Shown one piece after another: positions 13,831 to 27,264 of a DNA stretch of 64,000 nucleotides. The notes below the pieces were generated by a model, which was not told where the DNA came from, did no database searches, and worked only from the letters and a program-made list of their open reading frames with translations. The stretch is taken from positions 50,718,001 through 50,782,000 of the forward strand of contig CM052816.1 of assembly GCA_028534125.1 (NCBI GenBank). The letters run 5' to 3'. Made by a program: the position numbers and the translations under genes. Each line of letters opens with the position of its first letter. The first letter of the stretch is position 1. Source of the stretch: Lama glama (lineage: Eukaryota).

Positions 13831-16599
13831 TGTGAAGTTAGATAAACTATGTGCTGGCCATGGAGGTATCAGGAGGAGAAAGATGTGGTTCTGGTCTGGT
13901 CAGCTTACTTGGTCAGTTCTTCAGAAGCAGAAATTGGATGCTAAGTGCTCCATACCATTACATAAATAACAGAGCTTAAACAGATAACAATTCTTCTGTA
14001 AACATATTTTGAGAATAAACATGAGAATAAATGCCTTGGGCCCGTTATCAGGATCGGATTGGACTCCTGAGGATGAAAGGACAGAACTCCTCCACCCAGC
14101 CCCTAAAACAATCCTATGTATTCACGCTTCCGTGGAGAGACAACTGGAAGACCTCACAGATGGAAATGGTGGTCTCAGGAGAGAAAACTGTAAGACTGCT
14201 CATTAATTACCTTGATGAACTGTTGACAAAATATTAGAGCAATGAAAGTTCATAGACAGAGACAAAGAGGAGCTGAACCTATGCAGTGATTTCCTTGTTA
14301 TTCCAAGAACTGTTACCAACTGTGATTCCCTAGGACTAGACTGTAGACTCTGTAGACCCAAGAAAACTCAGGAATAAATCTAAGGTCTCGGTCAAAATAA
14401 CATGCAACTGTGGAATGAGAATTTTGTTTGCAGGAATTAATTGTTCACATATTTTTCATTGTCTCAGGGGATAAATATGCATTTTTTGTTTACTTTGGTA
14501 AAAATACTTTTTGTTTTGTGTGTGTGTAGTTTTTGTTTTCTTTTTCTTTTGTGGGGGGTAGACAACGTGTAATTATTTACTGACCCATTAACTCTTGGGA
14601 TTTTATGAAATACTATGATTTTTTTGGATTAATTTCATAAACCATGGTTTCACATGAGACTGATTTTATGTTGTTTTATTTTCTTAAAGACATCCAAGTT
14701 ATGATGAAGTTGTTACAAGATGAGAAAACGGCTAGCAAAGAACTATGACAATTGCAATAACCAGAAGTTATAAGAACAAATATGCAAACATGTGGTGTGG
14801 GGTAAAAACCAGATGAAAAGGTTATTATGAATGTCAAGCTAGAAGCAGGAGAAAACAAATGAGGAAAGGGATGAGAACAGAACAAGGGAGAGAAAATGGA
14901 AGGCCAAAGTATAGATTAACAAAAAGAAACAAGACTTCATGTATCTAATTCCATGTCACTCCCCCGTAGGAAGGAAATCTGATGCAAGAGCAAATGAGGA
15001 GAGTGGGAACAGACTGTCTTTGCTGTGACCTAAGCACGGCTATTGTCATTCACACTTTGCTTCCCTATAGAATTGAGGCCATTTTCCTGGTGTGCTCCCA
15101 TTTAGGAAAAGGAAGGAGGGTAGAATTCAATGGTTCGTTCCAAACCTGAGTGATTTTCTGTTTCATTTTTGTTTTGCATCATTGTCTGAAGAGGAGAGCC
15201 CTGGCTAATGTCGCCTTATGTCACACACACACACATCTACATAGGGTGTTGCTTTTGAAGACCACATATAATTCCAACGTTATAAAGCGAGGTTTCTTCC
15301 AAGCCTATCACTGTTGGGTGATTGTGCCTTCTCATCACTCACCCAAGTAGAAAGCTAAGTCTTTCTTGTTTTATCAGCCTGGAATTAAGGAAGCAGGGAT
15401 TCCAGAGATTTTTGACTAAGCTTTCTTTCAGAGATTCTACCACGCATATTTGGAATCTTTTTGTTGCTTCCTTAACAAGATACAAATAACCACCCCCTCA
15501 GAGGCTGAGGGTTTGCAGTGTTCAGAGGCTAGCCTTCTGTTTCCATTTACCACTACTTGTTATTGCTGCACCCCAAAGATATTGCTGGCAGGCTGTGTCT
15601 GTGTAGCAGAAGGCATCTTTGTGGAGTCATGCATATGAGACAAGCTCTATCACACGTTTCACACATCGCTCTCTGTGAGAATGAACATGCTAAGTGCTAG
15701 CTGCGGAAGTTAAAATACAGCTATGGTATTCAGAGACTTCCTCAGAACTGAAGAGATGTCATAGGTCATTCTTCCTAGGACAACACTAATAACAAAAGAG
15801 AAAGACAGAAAAGAAGATTGGAAGGGAGGAAAAGAAAAAAAAAACCTCTGAGTATTTAAAATATCTTTTTCATTTGGAAAGAAACGATTGGAACCAACAA
15901 GGACTGGATTGTTCTGCAGGTCCTCGTTGCCTGCAGTATCTGGATACAGTCATCACTCAAGTGTCTGTTTTCTACGACCTAATTTCAAATGTAATGTTAA
16001 AAAAAGAAGTGAAATGTCTCATTTGGGCTTTTTAAAATGTATTACAAGAGAGCATTTGTATATATGAGGCATCTAATGTTGCAGTCACCCTACAAAGCCT
16101 AGCTAGCACTAAAAAAAGTTTTACATTACAAGTGGAAACTATGATTTTCAAAAGTCAAGAGAAGGAACAAACAGCTAATCTTCCTGTGAGTGCTAAAAAT
16201 AGAAGCTGGTATAATGATATATGTTTATCCCCTTTTAATAGCAGTTAAAGCTAAATTTTTGCTAAGGGGCATATTGGGTAGCATAACACCTACTTAATAC
16301 CACAGAGGTTCAAACTCTCAAGTCCCTTGACTGATTATTGTGTTCACATTTGGCTTAAATTATTAATTTATTTTAAAGCAGTTTCAAAACAGCTGCAACA
16401 TTCTGTTCCTGCATTATTAACACAGAACATACCACCATATTTATTTTAGAATGATCAACTACTTGAAACCTGCTGGCAACCATGGAAAGTAATATAGTAA
16501 AACAAAGTAGCCACCAAACAGAGTTACTGAATTTTAAAAAGTTTGCTCTATTTGCTTTAGTTTTATTTTTGTTTCAGAGATAAAGCATTACTTCTTTAT

Positions 16600-16967
16600 T
16601 TGTTTCCTGGAGGTCTTTCCTCCATCCCATACCATTTTCTTCCTTTCCAGAGGTAACTGCTGTCCTGAATTTGGAGTTTATCATGACCACATGTATTTTA
16701 TATTTTATTACTATGTAATTATGTATTCATAAATACTATACCATTTAATTTTGCTTGTTTTTAAGCTTTATATAAGCTATGTGTAAATTACATTCCAACT
16801 ATTATTCTGCAACTGCTTTCTTTCCACTCAAAATTAGAGCTTTGGGATTTAGTCATGCTGATACATGAATCACTCATTAATTTCTTTTAACTTTTGTGGC
16901 ATTGTCTTTTGTTTATACAGATTGATTTATCCTCTTTTCTGTTAATAAACATTTAGGTTATTTCCTT

Positions 16968-17006
<39 letters not shown>

Positions 17007-17225
17007 TTGGCAAAGAGTGACAGCAATCTCATGTGTGTATTCCCTTGTATAGGTGAAAAGGTTTTTCTGGGATAAATAGAAGTGGAATTGTATCATGGAG
17101 TATCCCCATCTTCAGATCTACCAGCTATCACCAATGGTTCCCTAAAGTTGATGGGTCAGTTTATACTCCCAGGGTTCTGCATCCCTGAGAAACTGGATAT
17201 TGTCAGACTTCGCTTTTTCCAATTT
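16600..17225 (-). mobile_element. Old L1ME 3' region (outer layer of nested cluster)
   Basis: ccagaggtaactgctg...tattctgcaactgc...aacatttaggttatttcc...agaagtggaattg...cagtttatactccca; interrupted by (TTTA)n. Confidence 0.7.
16967..17008. repeat. (TTTA)n microsatellite
   Basis: Near-perfect tetranucleotide run, seen directly. Confidence 0.95.
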
Positions 17226-17229
17226 TCTA

Positions 17230-19090
17230 TTTTTTTGAAGTTTTAACTTTGTAAATATTTTATGAGAAAATTTAAATGTTTTTAAAAAGTAGAAAGATAA
17301 TATAATGAACCTTCATGTTCCTCTCATACGGCTTCAACAATGTTCAATGTACAGTTAGCCTTGTTTCAGGTATATACCCATCCCCTACATACCTAGTCCA
17401 TTTCCACCATTGGATAGTTTGAAGCAAATCACTGACAGCATATTCTTTCATATGTAACTATTTCAGTCTGTGTCTCTAAAATATGACAATTCTTTAAAAA
17501 TAACTATAAGAGCATTATTGTAACTAAAAAATTAACAATAATTTTCAATATCATTATATATCTAGTCTTTCTTCAAGTTTTCCCAATTGTATATCTTTAC
17601 AGTTTGTCTATTTGAGTCAGGATCCAAATCAGAGCTAACTATTGCAATGCTTGATGTATGATCTCTTAATTTATATGTTCCTTTTCTCCTATTTATTTAC
17701 TTATTTATTTATGAAACAGGGTTATTTGTCTTAGAGAGTTTCCAATAGTTTGAATTTTGCTACATGTTATCTTTGAGTGTCCTTTAACTACTTCTTCTTT
17801 ACAATCTATATCCTATAAATTGGCAGTCAGGTCCAGACTCTTGATCAGATTAACTGTTTTTAGTAATAATACTGTGTGTGCGCTGGTATATACCTTTCAG
17901 GTTCAATTTCAGGGCAATAATATTTCATATATGACAGTGTGTACTGTATAAATTACCTTTTTTTATTTTCTGATTTCTTGATGCTCTGATATTTGTGGCC
18001 TTGTTGACTGGGCAGAGACCGTCCCTCCTAGGGTTAACCAATCCTTAGAGATAGACTTTCATATGTACACCAGCCAGTCTAGAGCCCATACTCAGAACCA
18101 CCTCATCTCTCTGGCTGTTAATCTCAGGAGGCAAGATTCCTGCTCTAATCATCCGGGGCCAGATACCAGACAACTGAAGATGACCCCTAGAGACCAGAGT
18201 CTGCAGATACTATTCAAACTAGCCAGTCCTAAACTGTTTCTCTTGCTTTTCTTTGTCTTTCCTTCAGAAAACACACAAAAAAAGTCCGTGGCCATACTTT
18301 CACCTCTCTCCTTCTGTCTCCTGAACAAATCTGGTGATCCCCAACATGACCCTGAGTGTGTGGCATGCCCCCTCCTCCTGGGACATGTAATATAAATCTT
18401 TCGGTGCCATAAGCCTCTCCATGTCCTCATTCAGTCACCCCTACATATAAAAATCCCACAGGTACATTACCAGACATGAATGAAAGTAAGCAATGTCTTT
18501 TTTTTTTTTTTGCTTTTGATGACGTTAGTAATCATTGCCTACATTACTTCTTTAAGGGTTACAAAATGGTGGGTGATATTCTAATTCTGTCATTTTCTCT
18601 TTTACCAGCATAAAATTTCTTACAAAAAGAAATTCTCATCACCTATTTGGATCCCTTGAGTTGTTGTTTTTATTGGAAAGTCAGGATACATATTTGATTC
18701 TTTACCTTTATATACTAGTTAGCAAAGGGAGTTGGTTCTCTAGCATCCGCTAGAAATGATGAACGTGGTTTGTTATGGTGCTTGTTGTTGTGTGGTATCA
18801 CTGTGATCTCAAGAATATGTACATATTTACCTGGATCACTTTTATTTTCATTCTTATTGATATTCAGGTTATCTTTGGCCTTAGGGAATCTCTTGAAGTT
18901 GGCTCCTAAATCCTTTTGTCATGACTTTAGTGGTTTTGAGATCTTCCTTGCTTTGGAGATGACAAGATATTTCAGACTATCTTGTACATTTATTACCTCA
19001 AACCTAGAATCAGCTATTTCTCTAAGGAGCCCTGGTTCATTTTAGCAGAAAATGACATTTGGAGACCTCAATATGGGCACTAGGGATGCA
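17230..19090 (-). mobile_element. L1MC-type 3'UTR, interrupted by an LTR at about 17945-18476
   Basis: aaaagtagaaagataatataatgaac...gagtcaggatccaaa...aaacctagaatcagctatttctctaaggagccctggttc are characteristic L1MC 3'UTR motifs. Confidence 0.75.
17945..18476 (+). mobile_element. ERV1-class solo LTR (MER34/MER39-like)
   Basis: TG...CA ends; gccttgttgac...ccctcctagggttaaccaatccttagagatag; attcaaactagccagtcctaaac; GC-richer block splitting the L1. Confidence 0.7.
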
Positions 19091-19099
19091 TAAGTATCA

Positions 19100-19500
19100 A
19101 TTTATGTATTGTTTTTTATTCTTGTTTTAATACCTCATCATCTTAACTTCTATGGCTTAAAGTCCTGAAATTTTTAGGGCAAGCTTTCTACCTTTTTTTT
19201 TTTTTTAATTCTCTTGAATAGATTTGGCCCTTTTGAACTTACGTAAATTTTAGAATTAGCTTATTAAGTTTCACCAAAAGATGTTACATTTTGGGAGAAA
19301 TTTCATTGATTTTATAAATGAATATTGGGATAAACGATATTTTTGTATTATTGTATCTTCTTATTCATGAATATGGCATATTGTTCTTTATACTTATATA
19401 TTTTTTATCTTTCAGAAACATTTTGTCGTCTTCTATATGAAGTTCTTGCTTATATTTTCTTATATTTACCCTATTCTATTTGTGTCAATTGTGATTTTTT
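19100..19500 (-). mobile_element. Old L1 ORF2-region remnant
   Basis: taaattttagaattagcttattaagtttcac...ttcttattcatgaatatggcat is antisense L1 ORF2. Confidence 0.65.
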
Positions 19501-21154
19501 TTCTATTACACCCATATGATATATGCACTTTTCTGTACAAAAAATATACTTTGTTAAAGTAAATGGGATTTAATGGAAAGAAAAATCTGGCCATCAACTT
19601 GAGAGTGTATGGATACAAGTAATAAGAGTAAAATTGGTCAAATCAATATTTCTCAAGTGGATAAAGCAGAAACAAAATCAATATTGCACTGGACAGTTCA
19701 TGGGAAACAAACTTAAGGTTTTAGTACCAGGTCAAATAAGATGAGACACTGATGACAAATGAGTGAAACAGGATGGGTGTAAAAAGCATGGTCTAACTAC
19801 GTTTCCTACCTCTGATAGAGCTAGGATATAGAAAAACATCTCTGCACTAGAAGAGAAAAAGAGCAATGCAGGGTGATAAATGTTATAGAAGTCATGAGAG
19901 GTGGCAGGGCTGAGGACAGAGGGAGGCGAGCAGATGCAGCTACCCCTTGGCTGCTGTCAGTTACTGCTCTGCAGGACTGAGCCTGGTGTAGCCCGACTGT
20001 CTGAATTTCCCAAGGACACCAGAAATGCAGATTTGTATGACTTCTCCTGAAACATAAGTTTTGGCAACTAATTAAAATGTCTTAAGAACATTGACTGTAT
20101 AAAATACAAACGCGGGCTCTTAATGGTTGAAAGCCACCCTATTCTGACTCCTGGATTAGAGATTTTCTAAATAATGTTAAGTGTTAAACTTTAGTATTGG
20201 GATGGTTGGAGTAAGTCAGTCAGTGGAGAAGAGGGAAGTAAAGCCTACTTGGAGGGCATTAAAGGATTAGCTTGGGGTGAGGGGATTTTTTCCAACCACA
20301 AATTCCCCTTTCCCGCCCCACCAACAATTCTGACATTCTCCTCTGTCCTTCTATTTGAGGATCTCTGCCCCTGCAGACAGTGGGCATGTGCTTATCTCCT
20401 TAAATTATGTGGGATAGGAAAAAAGGTGAAGCAGATAATCATATCAGCACAGACTTTGAAACCTAGAAGAAATCTTGAAAGGAACTGGTCCTGCCCCGGG
20501 CTGTGTAGGTGAGGAAGTTCAACCTCACAAAAACTGAGTGAGTTGTTCAAGGGCACGAGTGAGTTAGTGGCATCTGCTGACTTTGTAGGTTTCTCATCAA
20601 TTCTCAAGTGTGGTGCTGCTGTGTACACCAGCCCAGGGAGTCATGAGACTGCATGAACATCCCAGGACCCGAGGAAATGCTAGGCTTTTCTCTATGCATA
20701 ATGAGGGTTTAATGAGATTTAATTATTTATAATTACCCAACTAGAGATTGAACACACTATATTCTCTTCACCATGCCTGAATAAGAATTTGAAAGGTCAG
20801 CAAAGTCAGTAATTGAATAAGTATGCAGGGCTTTGAATGTGTAGTAATTACACTGTAGTTTCTTCCCATAGTTTCCAACACTGCAGACAGGGTTTGTGTA
20901 GAGATAATTCTCTCATCATTGTAGCTCTAGGTATTATAATCATTTTTAAACTGTAATCTTACTATAAAAATTGCTATATATATATATGTGTGTGTGTTGT
21001 GTTTTGTGTGTATGTGTATATAAACCAGAGATGTTGAAATTTTTAAACAGTCAGTATAAAGAATAGAAGAAAGTAAGTTTCTTCATGCCCCAAAAGTCAT
21101 TAAATGCCATCTGATTTTTTGCTTTAATTTCAGAAAGATACAAATAGTAGTATA

Positions 21155-21350
21155 CGTTATCATTTATTGAGTGTCAGAATTGACGCTAAATAATTTGCAA
21201 ATTCTCTCACTTGATCTTTTTAGCAAGACTCTCAGGCAGCCAGCTTTATGATGAGGAACCTGGGTCTTAAGTGATGAAGTGTGACCTTAGATTTGACCTC
21301 AGACCTCTGACTTCAGGGCCTGTACTGTTTATCTCCTCACTGCACTGCCT
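21155..21350 (-). mobile_element. MIR fragment
   Basis: catttattgagtg...gatgaggaacctggg...ctctgacttcagggcctgt. Confidence 0.55.
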
Positions 21351-22421
21351 GCCCAAGCAGATGCTTCAGATTACATTAGCATCATCTAAAATTCTAACAA
21401 AGTTCACTCATCATTGTCTTCTACGGGGTTAAAGAGAGTTTACTAGAACTGTTTGTTCTTCACTCCACATTTCTTTGAAAGTTCTGAGGCTTAATTTCCT
21501 CAAAGCAACATCTGACTGGTGGTGCTGCTCAAACCTCTGGCTTGTATTTCTGTCTTAGCAGGTACTCCATCAAATGGAGTTTGAAGTAAGACCCCTAACA
21601 GAGAAAGTGAAAACACCCAAGAAAGTAAAGTTCTCAAAATGAACAAATCCTAAAAAAGACTTGTGTTAGTGAGACTATGTGACAACGTGCCATAAATTTA
21701 GATCCCAATTAGACACATGATGTGCAATAGTTGCCTATAAAATGTGAACATGTTGTAGATATTTTAAAATCCCAAACTTAAGCATGCTTCATGAGAAAGA
21801 GCTGTTATATGTTGTCAAACAGAGTAATAGAGCATTTAGGAGGAATCGTATCTTCACTTGGCTTTCTCTGTGGAACTAAAATTAATCTGTGAGCAATTAG
21901 GTATTGGGATGAAAATTGTTTCCTGTTTTCTCAGATAATACTTAGACATTTAAGTGAGGGCAATTAGCTGTGGTTTACTCTCCCAGGCAGTGGAGCAGAT
22001 TGCTGGGCAGGGATTGAACTAGGAAACTCCTTGACATGCAAACTTTTTTCAACCTTGGTTGAAAACTAGTATTTGCCCCTCTCCATCTTCGAGAGGCCAC
22101 ATCCGCTGTAGTGGCTTATCCATGAAAAGAATAGTGTCATAAGTTTTTGGTCTCATAGTTTTTTGGGATTTGTTTCATTTTCTTTTAAAAAGCTCACTTG
22201 CAGTTTCTAGGTGGTGGTATACACTTTCCTGTTTGCTACACTCCCCATCATTCTCTATTATATTAATCCTAGCTGCTTCCTCCATTCACTCTTTTCCTGG
22301 TCATTAAGGCATTTAAGTTTGCATTAAGTCTTATTTTAGGACCTCATGGAGAGTGACACATATATAAAGACATGCAATAATGGGCTTTATGTGAGCAGAC
22401 TGATTATGACACAGTGGGGCA

Positions 22422-22785
22422 TGGTTATAGACCGAATGTTTGTGTCTCCCCAAATTTGTATGTTAAAACCTTAAGCTCCAGTGTGATGGTATTTGGAGGT
22501 TGAGCCTTTGGGAAGTGATTAGGTCACAAGGGTGGTATCTTCATGAATGGGATTAATGCCCTTATAAAAGACACCGCAGAGAGCACCCTCTCCACGTCCA
22601 CCTTGTGGCGGCACAGTGAGAAGACAGCCATCTATGAACCAGGAAGTAAGTTCATCAGCCACCAATCTGCCAGAACCTTGATCCTGAACTTCCCAGCCTC
22701 CAGAACCGTGAGAAATAAATTTCTGTTGTTTGTAAGCCACCTAGTCTATGATATTCTGTTATAGCAGCCCATGTGGACTAAGACC
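22422..22785 (+). mobile_element. MaLR solo LTR (MLT1A/MLT1A0-like)
   Basis: gaatgtttgtgtctccccaaatttgtatgtt...gcccttataaaaga...cccagcctccagaaccgtgagaaataaatttctgttg...gactaagac; about 365 bp, near full length. Confidence 0.9.
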
Positions 22786-23169
22786 TAGGAGGAAAGAATT
22801 CTTTACACATTTGAGGAGACTTTAGGAAGGACTGCAGTAAAGAGGTAACCCTTGAATTGCTATTAAAATATATATAGATATTTTCCAGTAATACATGGTT
22901 GAGGGGGAGGATATGCTAGGAATAGGGAGCATACAAGCAAAGAGGGGAAATTAAAGAGGAGAGAGGGCCAAAATTATGGAGGAAGGTAGGAGACAAGTTA
23001 TGAAGACCATTAAATGCTACAATATTGAAAGGTAAGCAAGTATTCTTTAGGTGTACCCTGAATAATACAACCCTAATTTCTATTCCAAATATGTGTATTA
23101 TTTGAAGTGGGCATTGCAGATTGTGGCTTAAGGATTAAGAAATTGATTTCTTATCATTTAAACTTAAAT

Positions 23170-23335
23170 AGTCATCTTGAAGATGAAAACTAAGGGGCAT
23201 GAGGAAACTAGGGTGAGGAAAATGTTCTATGTTGAGTGGAATATTGGTTACACGAACATGCACATGAGTCAAAACTCATCAGACTCTACATTTAGGATGT
23301 GTTCCTGTAGATAATAATACTTCAATAAAAATAGA
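23170..23335 (+). mobile_element. Old L1M 3'-terminal fragment
   Basis: aaggggcatgaggaaac...aaatgttctat...gtcaaaactcatc...tacttcaataaaa. Confidence 0.7.
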
Positions 23336-23748
23336 AAACAGGGAATATTGTTACAAAATCATGATAACAATTACGATGCTTTAATTAGTTCTAAGCGAAA
23401 AATCTCTCAGGGTTTGATGACAGTCTGTTTTTACAGGACTAGGTTATGTTTGTAACTTTCCTTGGCCAGGTATTTTCTTCTCTCTTCAATTCAAGCAGTT
23501 ATTTCCAGAAAAATGGTTTCATGGGGAGGTAATCTATTTTCAGGTCTGATATTTGTATGGATGAGATTGGGCAAAAATATTATCATGAACACATTCCTGT
23601 TTTGTTGTGTCAAGAAGCTTCTTTGATTGACTCTGCCAGAGGTTGAGGGGTTGAGAACTTAGGTTTTATAGCTGCACCGATCTGCATTTAAATCTTAAGT
23701 CTGCCAGTTACTAATTGTGTGATATTGGACTCATTGGGTACCCTGTCT

Positions 23749-23870
23749 TGTATTAGTTTCTTATTGCTGCTGTAACAAACTGTGACAAACTTAGTAATTT
23801 AAAACACCACCCATGTATTATCTTATAGCTCTGCAGACCAGAAGACCTAAAATAAGTCAACAGGTCTGTT
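23749..23870 (-). mobile_element. MLT1 LTR 3'-end fragment within a MIR (about 23670-23950)
   Basis: tgtattagtttcttattgctgctgtaacaaac...acaaacttagtaatttaaaaca is an antisense MLT1 terminus; MIR halves lie on both sides. Confidence 0.75.
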
Positions 23871-24559
23871 TGTGCTTTTGCAGGATTGTAGTAAGGACTA
23901 GAAATAATATATGTAAGATGCCTAGAAGTACTAAGAACTCGATAAAAAGCTTTAAGAACAATGACAACCATCAATGTGAAAGGGGAAAGAATTGAGGAGA
24001 AACTCTTTCTTGCTAGAAAGTTTCAGTCGACTTTATTCTGCAGGTGAGTTTGTACAAAAGAGGTTTTACAAGCTTGATTATAGCTTCCTGATTATTCTTT
24101 CTTTAAAATCCTATAGGAAGGTTCAAGATATACTTTTTTTCTCATTATTCTTTTGCATCATGCCGAAAATTGAAATCCTTTTAGGCCAAATAGCCTATTC
24201 TTTATGTTAAATTTATTTAGTAAATCCTAGAGCATAGTAAACCTATATAATTAGTCTTACTAAATCCCACAAAGTTATCTGTATCTGCTTCTGTTTAATG
24301 TGACACGTGACTAGCATGTTGTAAATCCAAACCGAGCCCCTAGTGTATCATGCTGGTATGACATTCAGACCTAGCATGTCATCCTCCACTGTGACTTTTA
24401 TGGTGCAATAGAAGAAAATCACCCATGAAAGCAGACTGCTACCTTTGGTGTAGAAGTGCAAATAACTCAAATACATATATTCATGTGTTTAAATTCTGGT
24501 AAAAAGCCTTTTATCTGGTGAGAGTCTATATCCTTTTTGATTTACACATATACCTATAC

Positions 24560-24812
24560 ACTTGGAGTCAGACTGGTTGGGTTCCAATACTGGCCTTTTC
24601 GCCTATGAGCTATGTGACCTCTAGCGGATTACTTCGCCTCTCTTTCATCAGTTTCCTCATATGTAAAATGAGGGTATAAATATAAATACAAATCCCCTAA
24701 GGATTGTCCAAAGTTAGAATGTAGGAAGGATTAGATACATTAACACATGGGAAATCCTTAAAACTGTGCCAGGCACATATAAGGACTATATCAATATCTG
24801 TTATTATTATTG
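24560..24812 (+). mobile_element. MIR SINE, near full length
   Basis: ggagtcagactggttgggttc...agctatgtgacct...cagtttcctcatatgtaaaatg...gtgccaggcacat...tattattatt. Confidence 0.88.
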
Positions 24813-26469
24813 CTGTAGGCTTTTAAAAATGACACTGTAACTCATCACTTCATCTAAAAAGTTGTCTTCATGTTAAATGATGGATTTAGGCAAGATGGGT
24901 CTGAGTTTGTGTTCCATCATTCTGTAATTTATTGAGGGTTGGAGACACACCATGCTGTATTTTCAGAACACTAAAGTTATTATTAGTTTTCTGACTACAC
25001 ATTCAATCCCAGAGAGAAAACCAAAAGGATGGATAACTTTACAAAAGAACAATGAGATATAGTTTTGTTTCACTGATATGCTGTGCAAAATGCAGTTGAA
25101 TGATAACCACTGAGCAAAATCTGTTAGCACTAAAGGGCGCATGTGGCAGGATTCTTATTCAAAGACCAGAAAACTGTTATAAAGTGACACACACACTATT
25201 ACTAATTCCATGTGCTCCTCATTGTCCCAGTGCCTTGTGCTGTATAATCCATCTCTCTAGCAATAATGCAGAAAGCTTGTACTTGCAGGGTTATCTGTGA
25301 CCCTTGGCACTCAGTGTTAACAATGGATTAGTACTACATTTAGTATTTTATGAAGTAAAGGTGTCATTCTTAACAGGTTAAAATTGTCTACATGGAAGAA
25401 AACAATGGCAGATAATGAGCAAAAGAGGAATTTTGTATTTCTTTATTCTTTAGTTTCTGTCTGAATAGAGAATTTTTAACTTTATGAAGTTTCAAAATAG
25501 TATCTGTGCAAAATGTACTGAATAGGCAATGTATTTGAGGGAATTCAGAAGAATGTTTATCCATACACTTCGAATCCAGAATTCTAAGTGATGTGGCTAT
25601 GACTGCAAGCTGGCAAGCCTTACAGATTTTCTCAGCCAGCCCCACTGTTTTATAGGTCTGAAGACGGGGTTCTGGAGAGGTTGCATTCTTAGCCAGGGTC
25701 AAATAATTCTTTGAGGCAGAAGCTGGATGAGAACACTAGGGTTCAGTTCTTTCTACAACACTTTTTTTTTCTTTCTCAATTTTATGGACTTATGGAAGTC
25801 AAAGGAATCACTATGTTCACATTACCTTTTAATCTCATATCCAGACTATAATCTATAAACACATTTACTCAAATATGACCACAATTTGCTATGAAAATCC
25901 AGGCCTCTCTTCCACACTGGTTTCCCTTGCCAGCAAGTCTGTCACAGATATGATTTCTCTCAAGGGTTCCCAGAAGAGTTGATTTGGGGAATGAATGACA
26001 GAAGGCCAGAGCCCTGAGGTGGTCATCTCACACCTATATATAGTTACAGGTATGCTTTTATTGAAATGAGGGTTTGAGGCACAGCCCAAGTATTGGCTTT
26101 TCCCACTGACCTCCATTAGAATGAGAAAATGAATTGTTGCTAAAATTCAGAAGTTGTCACATTTCATGTCTTATAATCTGCTCTGGTGACAACAGCTGAT
26201 TGGATCATTAGTCTGTACCCTAGGAAGCAATCTTTAGGTGTGCCCCATGGAGATGTTCTAGACCAGATGGTACAGATCAGACCTAATAAGGTTACTTTTG
26301 TTTTAGGAAAGAGAGAGAGAGAGAGAGAGAGAATAGAATAGAGTAGGGGGAGAAGGTGGGACTAAATCATGAGAATGGCTGACACCACGGCGAGGAACAA
26401 GGGGCTCATGCCTCTTAGAGAACAATAGTTCACCTGGGTCACTTGAACTGTAGGGTTTCTGAGGCAGTA

Positions 26470-26840
26470 AAGCTTTATTGTGCACCTACTATGTGCTGGG
26501 TACTGTTTTAGGCGCTTGGGGCACATTGGTATATAAAATAAAGCCCTAACTTCAAGTGGTTTCATTTTAGTGGGGGAAGGGAAAAGACAGTAAGATATTG
26601 ATGTAATAGATAAACAGTACATTAGAAAATGATAAATGCACCGTTGACAAAAAAGGTAGAGCTTGGTAAGCAGGATCAAGAGAGTTGATAGTGGGGGTAG
26701 ATGGGATTTGCTTTGCGAGTTTTTTCCCAAATTCATGTTTTGATTGTGATAAGAAAGCACACAAAATTTAAAACAGCATTCAGAGGAAGTCTCACTAAGA
26801 AGGTATTTGAGCAAATACTCAAAAGAGATGGAGTTAGCTG
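26470..26840 (-). mobile_element. L2 LINE 3' fragment
   Basis: tttattgtgcacctactatgtgctgggtactgttttaggcgcttgggg...ctcactaagaaggtatttgagc. Confidence 0.8.
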
Positions 26841-27264
26841 TGCGGTATAGACGCCAATGTCCAGTAGACGATGCCCTACGTTTCCAGTTCACTTTGGGGC
26901 TTGCTACACTGAGTTAGATTAAGGGAGACCTGTTGGGAAGTTGCCCATGGCACCAATCTACACGGGCTGTGGAAAAGAAGTCCTGGACTTCTGTAACAAG
27001 ACGTAACAAGACGTGCTTACCAGAACTTCTTTCAGAAAGACTATTATAATGCAGTTGGAAGGAAATCTTAAAAAAAGTGTCTGAGGTGAGACCCACCTCA
27101 AGAGGCACACAATGTATGTTTTTGTTTGGGAGATGTTTCTCATTCCTGCGTGAATTCTGCATTTTGGAGTCAGGCATAAATTTCTTGGGAAAATAGTAGA
27201 GAGTTTAAGCCCTGATACTGAAGTCTGTTCTTTCTGCCTTTTCTCCAGGTAATTCTTAGCGTGT

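Noticed and set aside
14009..14237. Coiled-coil-looking peptides (ERQLEDLTDGNGGLRREN)
   Set aside because: No convincing splice acceptor and no recognisable homolog.
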